From the NCBI GenBank assembly GCA_016845225.1, contig JAERTB010000005.1, positions 9,644 to 73,643 on the forward strand: DNA of 64,000 bases. Reading direction: 5' to 3'. Source of the stretch: Candidatus Woesearchaeota archaeon. Lineage in GTDB: Archaea > Nanobdellota > Nanobdellia > SCGC-AAA011-G17 > UBA489. The notes below the pieces were generated by a model. It was not told the DNA's origin and did not search any database. It worked only from the letters and a program-made list of their open reading frames with translations. The position numbers and the translations under genes were made by a program. This document shows, one piece after another, positions 27,290 through 35,572 of the stretch; position 1 is the stretch's first letter; the number at the start of each line of letters is the position of its first letter.

Positions 27290-28376
27290 TGTAACTGGTA
27301 AGAAAGGAAGTGGAAAAACAACTGCACTAAATTACTTTAATAATTTAGGATTTTCAACAGTAGAGTTATATGGCAAATTTCACGAACTTTTGAAAAATGG
27401 TAAATTAACAGAAAAAGAAAAAGAAGCTATAAACAAATGGGATGACTCCCAAATAAATGTGTTAAATGAACACTTATTAAAAAATTATAAAAAAAATATT
27501 ATATTTCTTGGAGGATTACTCAGAACAGAAGAATTAGATTTTTTGAAAAAAAATGATGAAGTTATAACTCTCAACATTGAAACTTCAAAAGATATTTCAA
27601 GATATGGCCGGCTTCTAAAAAGAGCTAGAAATTCAGAAGGAAATTACAGTTATGGGGATTTTTTAAGAAGAGATAAAAATCGTAATGGTGAAACAAAAGG
27701 ATATCATGAAAATAATTTATTGAAAATAATTGATCAATCTGATTTGATTGTTAAGAATAATCATTCCGTGCAGGATTTTGAAAAAGAGCTAGAGAAAGGA
27801 TTAATTAAGATTGGAGCAATATTACAAGAAGGCAAACCATGGTATGAAACTTCAAATAAATATGGCTCATTAAAAAATCAAATACTTTTTGCTATTGAAT
27901 CATTGATTGGAAAGAGAAAGGATGTTTTAGAAAGCATTGAAGATTTAGAAAGTGTAGTTTCCCTTGGTTGTGGATTAGGTACAGAGTTAGATTCAACACC
28001 CGCCAAAAGAAAATTAGGGATAGATTTATTACCTGAAACTTGGTTCAAAAACAGAGATTTTGAATACAAGAATGCAGATTACAAAAATACCTCAAATGCT
28101 GCAGACTTAGTTACACTTCTTAGAACAAATACCACTATCAGAAAAAATTCAAAAAAAGGGATAGAAAAAGGGATATCTCTTGCAAATGAATATTTTATTA
28201 TGAGTTTTGCAACTGCAGGGATAATGTATGATGGTTCAATAAAAAAATTCAAAAAAGCTTCCGATGGAAATTCTTTGGAGGGCCTATTTTCAGAAGTAAG
28301 AGAAGAATTAAACTTATACGGTGAAGTAAATGAAAAAATCACTCCTTTTGAGCATTATTTTATATTAAGGAAGTAA
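27243..28376 (+). CDS. P-loop kinase-like protein with unknown C-terminal domain
   Basis: 377 aa. N-terminal Walker A INVTGKKGSGKTT resembling dephospho-CoA/nucleoside kinases. Overlaps the upstream gene by 47 nt. Confidence 0.5.
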   Translation: MILLKKQLRGFMMIINVTGKKGSGKTTALNYFNNLGFSTVELYGKFHELLKNGKLTEKEKEAINKWDDSQINVLNEHLLKNYKKNIIFLGGLLRTEELDFLKKNDEVITLNIETSKDISRYGRLLKRARNSEGNYSYGDFLRRDKNRNGETKGYHENNLLKIIDQSDLIVKNNHSVQDFEKELEKGLIKIGAILQEGKPWYETSNKYGSLKNQILFAIESLIGKRKDVLESIEDLESVVSLGCGLGTELDSTPAKRKLGIDLLPETWFKNRDFEYKNADYKNTSNAADLVTLLRTNTTIRKNSKKGIEKGISLANEYFIMSFATAGIMYDGSIKKFKKASDGNSLEGLFSEVREELNLYGEVNEKITPFEHYFILRK

Positions 28377-28474
28377 TTTAATATTTTATGTTGTAATGCA
28401 GATTAAAAATCAACTAAAATGTCAAATTCTTGGGTACCTAAAATTATTTAAAGTTTAAAATTATACTAAAATCT

Positions 28475-28636
28475 ATGAAACTCCAAAAACAGCTTTCTAG
28501 AAAAGTTGGAGATAAGGATTATGCTAAGTGGGTTTTGGTAATTCCTCCGGAAATAATCAAGGAAGCATGTCTAAAAGAAGGTCAAGAGTTAAAGATCAAA
28601 GTAAAAGATAATAAACTAATAATTGAGAAAGAATAA
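28475..28636 (+). CDS. AbrB/MazE-type swapped-hairpin small DNA-binding protein (antitoxin-like)
   Basis: Hand-translated 53 aa (MKLQKQLSRKVGDKDYAKWVLVIPPEIIKEACLKEGQELKIKVKDNKLIIEKE). Pattern matches SpoVT/AbrB domain. Missed by the ORF track. Confidence 0.55.
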   Translation: MKLQKQLSRKVGDKDYAKWVLVIPPEIIKEACLKEGQELKIKVKDNKLIIEKE

Positions 28637-28637
28637 A

Positions 28638-28919
28638 ATGGCAAAGAGGAAGGAAATAAATGTTAATTGTTCTTTTGAAAGTTTTGAACCAAAAATAAAT
28701 AATAGAAATGGAGAATTAACACATTTTAGTACTGGAAGCATAGTTATAAAATCAAAAAACTTAATAGGTGTTTATGAACAACAAATAGATACAAATCCTC
28801 ATCCTCCTATATATGATTTGCACTTACAAGAAAGTTTAAGAGGATCTTCAAAAAATAAAAGACCAAAGAAATTCAAGTCGAAAATAATAAATAATCTAAA
28901 TCACCAAAAAATATATTAA
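28638..28919 (+). CDS. Hypothetical basic protein
   Basis: About 93 aa from the ATG at 28638, overlapping the stop of the AbrB-like gene. No motif. Confidence 0.3.
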   Translation: MAKRKEINVNCSFESFEPKINNRNGELTHFSTGSIVIKSKNLIGVYEQQIDTNPHPPIYDLHLQESLRGSSKNKRPKKFKSKIINNLNHQKIY

Positions 28920-28922
28920 AAA

Positions 28923-29591
28923 ATGGCAAAAAAAGATAATATCCAGATAAAGAAAAAATATTTAATAATTATTGGAATCGTTATGTTATTTGTTATTTTA
29001 TTTTTTCTTAATCAAAAAGAAATCTCAGAAAATGATTATAAAAAAGAGGACTATAAACAAGTCACAGCCTCTTACAAAGAAAAATTTTTAGAAACAAGAG
29101 TTGACATTTGCGAATTAGATGAATTTGGTTTTATGAGTGTAACGGGGGTTGTGAAAAATAAAGGAAATCTTAGAGTAAATGAAATTGATGTAGGTGTTGA
29201 TTTTTATAATGGTGAGACTGCAATAGATTATTCTAAGACAGGTGTCTTAAACATTCCTTCAAATGAAGAGAGAGTATTTAACACATTAAGTACAAGCACT
29301 AATAAAATAACGGAATGTAGGGCAAGCATAGTTATTTATCCTTGGGAGTATGAAGAAGAGCAAGAACAAATCAAAATAGAAACAACTATCCCTCAAAAAA
29401 CAGAGATTAAAGAAAGCACATTGTCCTCAACAGAAAAACAAACAATTTGTAATGATATTCTTGCTTATTTTGATTGGTGTTATGACAATAGTGTTTCTGC
29501 AGAAGACTGTGGCAATCAGGCACATGAAAAAGTTTTACGTCTTTATGATATAACCAATTCACAATTACAGGAGGTATTAGCATATTGCTAA
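28923..29591 (+). CDS. Membrane-anchored extracytoplasmic hypothetical protein
   Basis: 222 aa. Single N-terminal TM helix, Cys-containing C-terminal region. Confidence 0.35.
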   Translation: MAKKDNIQIKKKYLIIIGIVMLFVILFFLNQKEISENDYKKEDYKQVTASYKEKFLETRVDICELDEFGFMSVTGVVKNKGNLRVNEIDVGVDFYNGETAIDYSKTGVLNIPSNEERVFNTLSTSTNKITECRASIVIYPWEYEEEQEQIKIETTIPQKTEIKESTLSSTEKQTICNDILAYFDWCYDNSVSAEDCGNQAHEKVLRLYDITNSQLQEVLAYC

Positions 29592-29598
29592 AATAAAA

Positions 29599-29817
29599 AT
29601 GAAAGATAAATCGGTGGCAGTAATCCTAGCAGTTTTTTTAAGTTTTTGGACATGGTTATACACTTACAGCCTAAACTCAAAAAAATTTTGGATAGGCATT
29701 CTCGTAAGTATTTTCGGTATGATAGTATTAGGTTTTCTTGCACCTTTTGGTGTTTGGATATGGGCAATAGTAGATTCTGTTTCAAGAGACACCAAAGAAT
29801 ATAAGAAAATAAAATGA
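29599..29817 (+). CDS. Small two-TM membrane protein
   Basis: 72 aa, hydrophobic. Confidence 0.35.
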   Translation: MKDKSVAVILAVFLSFWTWLYTYSLNSKKFWIGILVSIFGMIVLGFLAPFGVWIWAIVDSVSRDTKEYKKIK

Positions 29818-29963
29818 ACAAAAAAGGCAATTGGAATCTTTCAGCAATCTTAGGGATATCTGCAGTGGGCTTAATCATAATCTCATTTACTGGAATTATT
29901 TCCAAACTTTGGATTTTTTTAGGTATCTTATTCTTGTTCTTAGCATTTAAAGCAAATCATTAG
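29814..29963 (+). CDS. Small two-TM membrane protein (ATGA-overlapped with upstream gene)
   Basis: Hand-translated 49 aa (MNKKGNWNLSAILGISAVGLIIISFTGIISKLWIFLGILFLFLAFKANH). Confidence 0.3.
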   Translation: MNKKGNWNLSAILGISAVGLIIISFTGIISKLWIFLGILFLFLAFKANH

Positions 29964-30040
29964 TTTTTCGCAAATTCTACGAAAATTTGTTAGAAAACAA
30001 TAAAAACATTAAAATAATATGTCTAATTAGAGGTTATAAT

Positions 30041-31030
30041 ATGAAAAAAGAGTTTAAAACAATTGATCTATTTGCAGGTGTTGGAGGAGTAAGATTAGCA
30101 TTCGAAAAAGCAGGTTTTTCAACAGTATTTGCAAACGATATAGATAAAAATTGTAAAAAAACTTACGACATAAATTTTAAAGATATTTATCTTCACGTAG
30201 AAGATATAAATAAACTAGATATTAATTCTATTCCAAAATTTGATATACTTCTCGGAGGTTTTCCTTGTCAGGCATTTAGTATTGCAGGATATAGGCAAGG
30301 ATTCAAAGATAAGAAAGGCAGAGGAAACTTATTTTTTAGAATTGCAGATATTCTTAAAGAAAGAAAACCTCAAGCAATACTTCTTGAAAATGTTAAGAAT
30401 TTGAAAGGACATGACAAGGGTAAGACTTTCAAAATAATTAAAGAAACTCTTGAAAAAGAATTAGGATACTACATTAGAACAGAAGTTCTAAACAGCATGA
30501 CACATGGTAACCTGCCACAAAATAGAGAAAGGATATTTATTGTAGGATTTTTAGATAAAAAGAAATGTGATGCGTTTGAGTTTCCTAAAAAAATAACTTT
30601 AACTAAAAAATGGAGCGAATTTGTGGAAAAAGAAGTAGATGATAAATATTACTACAACGACAAACCACTTTATAATAAAATTAAGAACGACATCAACTCA
30701 GAAGATAAAGTATATCAATGGCGTAGAAAATATGTTAGGGAAAATAAAAAAGGAGTTGTTCCAACACTAACCGCCAATATGGGCAGAGGAGGACATAATG
30801 TTCCAATAATAAAAACTGATAAAGGCATAAGGAAATTAACTCCAAAAGAATGTTTTTTAATCCAAGGATTCCCACAGTCTTTCATTCTTCCAAAAGATAT
30901 TTCAGATAGCGAGTTATACCATCAAGCAGGAAATAGCGTAACCATTCCGGTTATTCAAAGAATTGCAGAGAATATAAAATTAGTATTAGAAGAAAAAAGA
31001 ATAAGTGAACAAATCAAATTAAAAAATTAA
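30041..31030 (+). CDS. dcm: DNA (cytosine-5)-methyltransferase
   Basis: Motif I DLFAGVGG, motif IV GFPCQAFSIAG, motif VI ENVKNL, C-terminal QAGNSV. Start at internal ATG preceded by AGG. Confidence 0.9.
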   Translation: MKKEFKTIDLFAGVGGVRLAFEKAGFSTVFANDIDKNCKKTYDINFKDIYLHVEDINKLDINSIPKFDILLGGFPCQAFSIAGYRQGFKDKKGRGNLFFRIADILKERKPQAILLENVKNLKGHDKGKTFKIIKETLEKELGYYIRTEVLNSMTHGNLPQNRERIFIVGFLDKKKCDAFEFPKKITLTKKWSEFVEKEVDDKYYYNDKPLYNKIKNDINSEDKVYQWRRKYVRENKKGVVPTLTANMGRGGHNVPIIKTDKGIRKLTPKECFLIQGFPQSFILPKDISDSELYHQAGNSVTIPVIQRIAENIKLVLEEKRISEQIKLKN

Positions 31031-31863
31031 AGTTTTTTAAGAAAATCTTTCCAGTCTTTATCACTATTTTTCAATTTAGAAACAGATTTAACATATCTGT
31101 GCCCATCAAACTTTTGTCCAGGTATTTCTGTAACCTTTTCCAAATCATCAAAATATGAAATACCACATATCCAAATAGGGATTTTGTTTAATTTTTTAAT
31201 AGTTTTAAAACCATCATTTTTTTCTAAATACTCTCTAACCTTTCCAAAAAAAGAGTGTTCTCTCAAAATTCTAAATAAATGGTCTGATGGAAGGCCAACT
31301 CTTGCAAAAATATAAACATCACTTTTTCTCTCAACTCTTTCAACTTCATTGGATCCCAATACCAAATATGCGTTTTTCATTTTACTTGCTTTAACTCCAA
31401 CACCTAATTTAGGGTAGACAAATTTCCCCTTTTTTTTGATTCTATGAAAGTCTTGAGGGGTTATTTCTTCAGTATGCACCTCTTCGTCCAATTCTATATT
31501 TGTAGAAAATTTTTCGTTTAGGAATTTTTTTATTGCATGTTCCGCAAGAATCCCCAAAATAACATCGTCAGCTGCCTGGACCTCCGTTCTTTTTCCACGA
31601 ATTCCATGCAATGCAAGTCCTCCATAGACCATTTTTATTGCGAACTCAAAGCATTTTTCATATTCTTTCATTGAAAGATAAATTGTTCTACTTTCTTTCA
31701 AGTTTTTCCAATTGTCTAAATCAGATTTTTTGAACTTCCACCTATTTTTTTCCTTAAATGCAGAAATTTCTTCACTATTCTTAAAATAATTTTCAAATTC
31801 TTTTTTATCAATACCAAGATAATCCAATGCTTCTTTTGAGTTAAAAATCCCTTTTTTCAACAT
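31027..31863 (-). CDS. Putative Type II restriction endonuclease cognate to the Dcm methyltransferase
   Basis: 278 aa, no family match by eye. Convergent and 4-nt overlapped with the methyltransferase. Call is positional. Confidence 0.45.
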   Translation of the reverse strand: MLKKGIFNSKEALDYLGIDKKEFENYFKNSEEISAFKEKNRWKFKKSDLDNWKNLKESRTIYLSMKEYEKCFEFAIKMVYGGLALHGIRGKRTEVQAADDVILGILAEHAIKKFLNEKFSTNIELDEEVHTEEITPQDFHRIKKKGKFVYPKLGVGVKASKMKNAYLVLGSNEVERVERKSDVYIFARVGLPSDHLFRILREHSFFGKVREYLEKNDGFKTIKKLNKIPIWICGISYFDDLEKVTEIPGQKFDGHRYVKSVSKLKNSDKDWKDFLKKL

Positions 31864-31945
31864 AGAATTTTATAAATATGCAATTGTTTATAAACTCTTG
31901 CACATTTTAAGAAGAATAGTTCAAAATCTAGCTATTTGGTCCATT

Positions 31946-32008
31946 TCTCCATTAATGTGCAAACCACATTATTAAATGTGCAGGACTTAATTTATGTGCA
32001 AACCCTAT
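31946..32008. repeat. Right-terminal array of 3 direct copies of the TTAAT-N-ATGTGCA(A/G) motif
   Basis: cattaatgtgcaaacc / attaaatgtgcaggac / ttaatttatgtgcaaaccc. Followed immediately by the direct-repeat copy at 32005-32015. Confidence 0.5.
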
Positions 32009-32015
32009 ATTAACG
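32005..32015 (+). repeat. 11-bp direct repeat ctatattaacg (right copy)
   Basis: Exact match to 22895-22905. Confidence 0.45.
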
Positions 32016-32118
32016 AAATCTTTATAAAAGGTATTGAGTTTTAGTTCATTGAAATCATGAGATATAGGCGCTGTAAAGTGTTTTCATGATTATTAAAACA
32101 AAACGAGGTAATAATAAA

Positions 32119-32289
32119 ATGGCAGAAATGTTAGTTGTAAGAAGTAAAGTAAAGGAAGCGGCTAAAGGAATGAACGTAGCTGGAGACTTTGCAGACTGTT
32201 TAAGCGAAAAAGTTCAAGCATTAATCAATGATGCATCAAGAAGAGCTAAAGAAAACGGAAGAGCAACCGTTAAAGCAAGAGACCTTTAA
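32119..32289 (+). CDS. Small histone-fold-like DNA-binding protein
   Basis: 56 aa from MAEMLVV... Spacing of hydrophobics and C-terminal GRATVKARDL resemble the GRKTIKAxD end of archaeal histones. Weak. Confidence 0.4.
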   Translation: MAEMLVVRSKVKEAAKGMNVAGDFADCLSEKVQALINDASRRAKENGRATVKARDL

Positions 32290-32348
32290 GTCTCTTGATT
32301 TTTCTTTTTTTTAATTAATTTTTTAAAGTTTAATTCTAAGTTTATACT

Positions 32349-32741
32349 ATGAGTAAAGTAAAGGGGTCTAGAACTGAAAGAGAACTATTGCATATGTTCT
32401 GGAAACATGATTGGTTCTGTATTAGAATTGCAGGTTCTGGAAGTATGCCTTTTCCTTGTCCAGATTTACTAGCTGGTAAAGATGGAAAAAGTATTGCAAT
32501 TGAATGTAAAAGTGGAAAAGGTAAACAAAGAAGATATATTTCTAAGGAACAAATTGAAGAGTTAGAAAGTTTTTCAAATGGATTTGGTGCAGATGCATGG
32601 GTAGGTGTTCGTTTTGATGGAAAGAAATGGGCGTTTTTGAAGTCTTCTCAACTTGGAAGAAGCAAGGGTTTGGAGAACTATTATTTTGATAAAGAACTTG
32701 TTGCTGCTTATGGAATTTCTTTTGAAAGTTTAATCGGATAA
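32349..32741 (+). CDS. hjc: Holliday junction resolvase Hjc
   Basis: 130 aa. GSRTERELLHMF, AGSG, PDLLAG and IAIECKSGK blocks match the Hjc PD-(D/E)xK core. Confidence 0.85.
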   Translation: MSKVKGSRTERELLHMFWKHDWFCIRIAGSGSMPFPCPDLLAGKDGKSIAIECKSGKGKQRRYISKEQIEELESFSNGFGADAWVGVRFDGKKWAFLKSSQLGRSKGLENYYFDKELVAAYGISFESLIG

Positions 32742-32793
32742 ATTTCGAAAAAAATACTGGAAGCTTTTAATTAAATAAAATTTAATTTCTTTT

Positions 32794-33801
32794 ATGTTAC
32801 TTCGAATAGGAGTATGGTTAATTTTGATGAGTAGTTTTGTTAGTGCGGAAATTACAGAGGTTATGTATAATCCTGTTGGAAGCGATAATAATGGAGAATA
32901 TGTGGAGGTTTTATTTGATGTTGAAACTAACTTAGAAGGATGGATAATTCGTGATGAAGATAGTTCTGATGCTTTAATTTTATTGAATGGTTCTGGAAAT
33001 AGCAAATTAAATTTAATTATTGAAGAAGAATTAGCGGGTTTTGATTTAAACTTAAACGATGTTAGTGTCTATAGTGTAGGAAAAGCAATTGGAAATGGAT
33101 TAGGGAATAGTGGAGATGAAATCTATTTACATGACACTGATGCAAATTTAATATTTGAAACAAGTTATACTGGTGATTTGGCAAATGGAAATGGAAAGGC
33201 ATTATGTTTTGATGAAGTTACTCTTGAATGTGATCCTAGTCCTGGAAGTTACGGTGTTGTTGAAGAAGGCGGTAATGAAAATAGTTCTGATGAAATTAGC
33301 GAAGATGAAAAAATTAACAAGAGTGAGAGTAGTTGGATAAGAATTAATTATGTAGAAGTTCCAGAAAATAAATGTGGAAATTTAAGAGTAGGTATAGAAT
33401 TATGGAATAATAGGAATAAAAAAGAGGAGATTTCTGCATATGTTCGAGAGGTTAATGAAATTAGTTCATTGAAGATTAATCCCCAGAGAGGACAGAGTAT
33501 TGAACTTCCTGTAGCGACTTGTGGAGTGATTAATGCTGTTGAGGGTGAATATGTATTGGTTGTAGAAGGTTTCGGTGAGGAAGACTATAGGCTGATTTGG
33601 CTTGAATTTGAAGAAGCTTCTTTGGTTGTTGAAGAAGGCCCTAGAGTGAAATTAAATGAAAGAGAAAGCAATATAAACGAAGAGAAAGAGGAAGTAATTA
33701 TATCAACTATCCCCATAGAAGATGAAAATAAGGATTTGACTCTTTATTTGAGTTATTTTGTTGGAGTATTAGGGCTGTTTTATTGGCTCAAGAAGGATTA
33801 A
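32794..33801 (+). CDS. Secreted lamin-tail-domain (LTD) protein with C-terminal membrane anchor
   Basis: 335 aa. Signal peptide, then ITEVMYNPVGSDNNGEYVEV...GWIIRDED typical of the LTD fold. C-terminal TM. Confidence 0.6.
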   Translation: MLLRIGVWLILMSSFVSAEITEVMYNPVGSDNNGEYVEVLFDVETNLEGWIIRDEDSSDALILLNGSGNSKLNLIIEEELAGFDLNLNDVSVYSVGKAIGNGLGNSGDEIYLHDTDANLIFETSYTGDLANGNGKALCFDEVTLECDPSPGSYGVVEEGGNENSSDEISEDEKINKSESSWIRINYVEVPENKCGNLRVGIELWNNRNKKEEISAYVREVNEISSLKINPQRGQSIELPVATCGVINAVEGEYVLVVEGFGEEDYRLIWLEFEEASLVVEEGPRVKLNERESNINEEKEEVIISTIPIEDENKDLTLYLSYFVGVLGLFYWLKKD

Positions 33802-33802
33802 A

Positions 33803-34285
33803 ATGGAAGAAGTAAAAACAAAAATTAAAGTAAGGGCAATTATGGAAATAATGGGATCTCCCGAAGAACATGTTAATAAAACCATGAATATGGTTGTTGA
33901 AAAATTAAAAAATTCGGACTATTTTGAGTGTATTAGTGAAAAGGTATCTGAATCAACTAAAATTGAAGATAGGCCTTTTTGGAGTAAATTTGTTGAAGCA
34001 GAATTGGAGTTTAAAGAACTAGATATGATTACAGGGTTTTGTTTTGACTTTATGCCAAGCACTATTGAAATTTTAGAACCTTCAAAGGCAGAATTTGATA
34101 GAGAAACTATGAATAATCTTTGGAATGATTTAATTGCTAGATTACATCAATATGATATGCTTGTAAAAAATCTTCATGCAGAAAATGTAGTTTTGAAAAG
34201 AGAAATGGAAAAGTTAAGCGTTAAAGCTGGACAACCAAAACCTACAGAAGCTGTTGTTGAAAAAGATGAAGAGAAAAAAGAATAA
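33803..34285 (+). CDS. Hypothetical coiled-coil protein
   Basis: 160 aa, no motif. Confidence 0.35.
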   Translation: MEEVKTKIKVRAIMEIMGSPEEHVNKTMNMVVEKLKNSDYFECISEKVSESTKIEDRPFWSKFVEAELEFKELDMITGFCFDFMPSTIEILEPSKAEFDRETMNNLWNDLIARLHQYDMLVKNLHAENVVLKREMEKLSVKAGQPKPTEAVVEKDEEKKE

Positions 34286-35572
34286 TTAATTGGTTTTTAT
34301 TACATCTGAGAATTTCTTTGTTTTAGTTTTCTTCTTTTTACCTGATAAGATAAATACTAATATTGCTATCACTAGTAGCGGAAGTATAATTGCAACTATT
34401 GGAGCTGCATTCTCTTGTGCTTCTTCTTGATATTCCCCCGCTAAATCCCAAGGAATTACGTCTTTTACTGGAGATTCTGTTTCTGTTGTTTGTTCTGTCT
34501 CTGTGATGGTTACTTCTTGTTCAGGAAATAATTCTGTTTCAATTTTTTCTTCTATTATTACCTTAATATTTAATGTGGAAGAATATTCTTCATTGTAAAT
34601 TATTAAATCTCCAGAGTAATAATCTAGTGTAGGTGTTTTATCTTTATTTATTGAAATATAAATTGAAAAGTTTGAAAGAGGTCGGATTGAATTAATTGAA
34701 GTTTGTTGTAATGAGATTATTTGGTTTAGATTTCCTGTTAGTTTTATGTTTAAGTTGTTTAATGTGGTGTCTAATTTATTGTACATGTAAAGATTCCCTT
34801 CTTCTGAATCTTCTTTGTGGATTTGTTTAATTAATTTAGAACCTTCAATTCTAAACCCTATTGGGTCTTTTAGATATTCTTTAGTTTGAGTTGATTGATT
34901 TGATTCTTCTTGAGTTATTTGTTCTTCTACTAATATGGGAATTGTGTATTCTTTTGAATTAGAAATAAATTTTATTTCTGAAGTAAGTGCATTTGTAGTG
35001 TCGTAAGAAAATGTGAATGTTCTTGGAATGTTGGAAGTTAACGTTTGTTCAGTGATATATGGGTGTGCGACATATTCTGGTACCTGAAAGCTTATGGGTT
35101 CATCTGTTTGAGATTTTACAGTTATTTGAATTTGACCCTGTTTATCTAAGTTTAAATAGAAAAATCCAGGAGTGATTGCTATTGACGGTTGAGAATTTAA
35201 TATTGATATTGTTTCTTCTTGAGTTATTTGTTGTAAAACATTATTGATTAGAAATGATTGATCTTCTATTTTTAAAGTATGATCTCCGTCTTGAATTGTT
35301 TGAGAAATTTCAAAGTATAAAAAATAATGATTTGGAGAAATTTCTTTTAGAAATGGTGCTAATGGTTGTAATGTATTTTTTGAAGAATAAAGTTTGATAT
35401 CTTGGGGTTTTAGAGGATTTATTGGATTCTTTAAAATTATTTCTGTTTGGTAAACTTCTCCTTGAGAAAGTTGGGAAGTTAAAGGCGTTAATTGGATTAA
35501 GTCGTCTGTTTGTGCGAAAACTAAATTACCTGAAATTGTAAAAAGAAAAAGAAAAACTAAGGTTTTCTTCAT
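34286..35572 (-). CDS. Secreted T/Q/N-rich surface protein with C-terminal TM anchor and lysine tail
   Basis: 428 aa. Signal peptide, low-complexity beta-rich body, TM plus KKKKTKTKK tail. Confidence 0.4.
   Translation of the reverse strand: MKKTLVFLFLFTISGNLVFAQTDDLIQLTPLTSQLSQGEVYQTEIILKNPINPLKPQDIKLYSSKNTLQPLAPFLKEISPNHYFLYFEISQTIQDGDHTLKIEDQSFLINNVLQQITQEETISILNSQPSIAITPGFFYLNLDKQGQIQITVKSQTDEPISFQVPEYVAHPYITEQTLTSNIPRTFTFSYDTTNALTSEIKFISNSKEYTIPILVEEQITQEESNQSTQTKEYLKDPIGFRIEGSKLIKQIHKEDSEEGNLYMYNKLDTTLNNLNIKLTGNLNQIISLQQTSINSIRPLSNFSIYISINKDKTPTLDYYSGDLIIYNEEYSSTLNIKVIIEEKIETELFPEQEVTITETEQTTETESPVKDVIPWDLAGEYQEEAQENAAPIVAIILPLLVIAILVFILSGKKKKTKTKKFSDVIKTN

Larger units (their letters stand above)
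22895..32015. mobile_element. Putative ~9.1 kb transposon/genomic island (transposase plus NUDIX-GT-kinase operon plus R-M cargo)
   Basis: 11-bp direct repeats at both ends and imperfect inverted terminal motif arrays. Accessory gene content. Confidence 0.45.
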
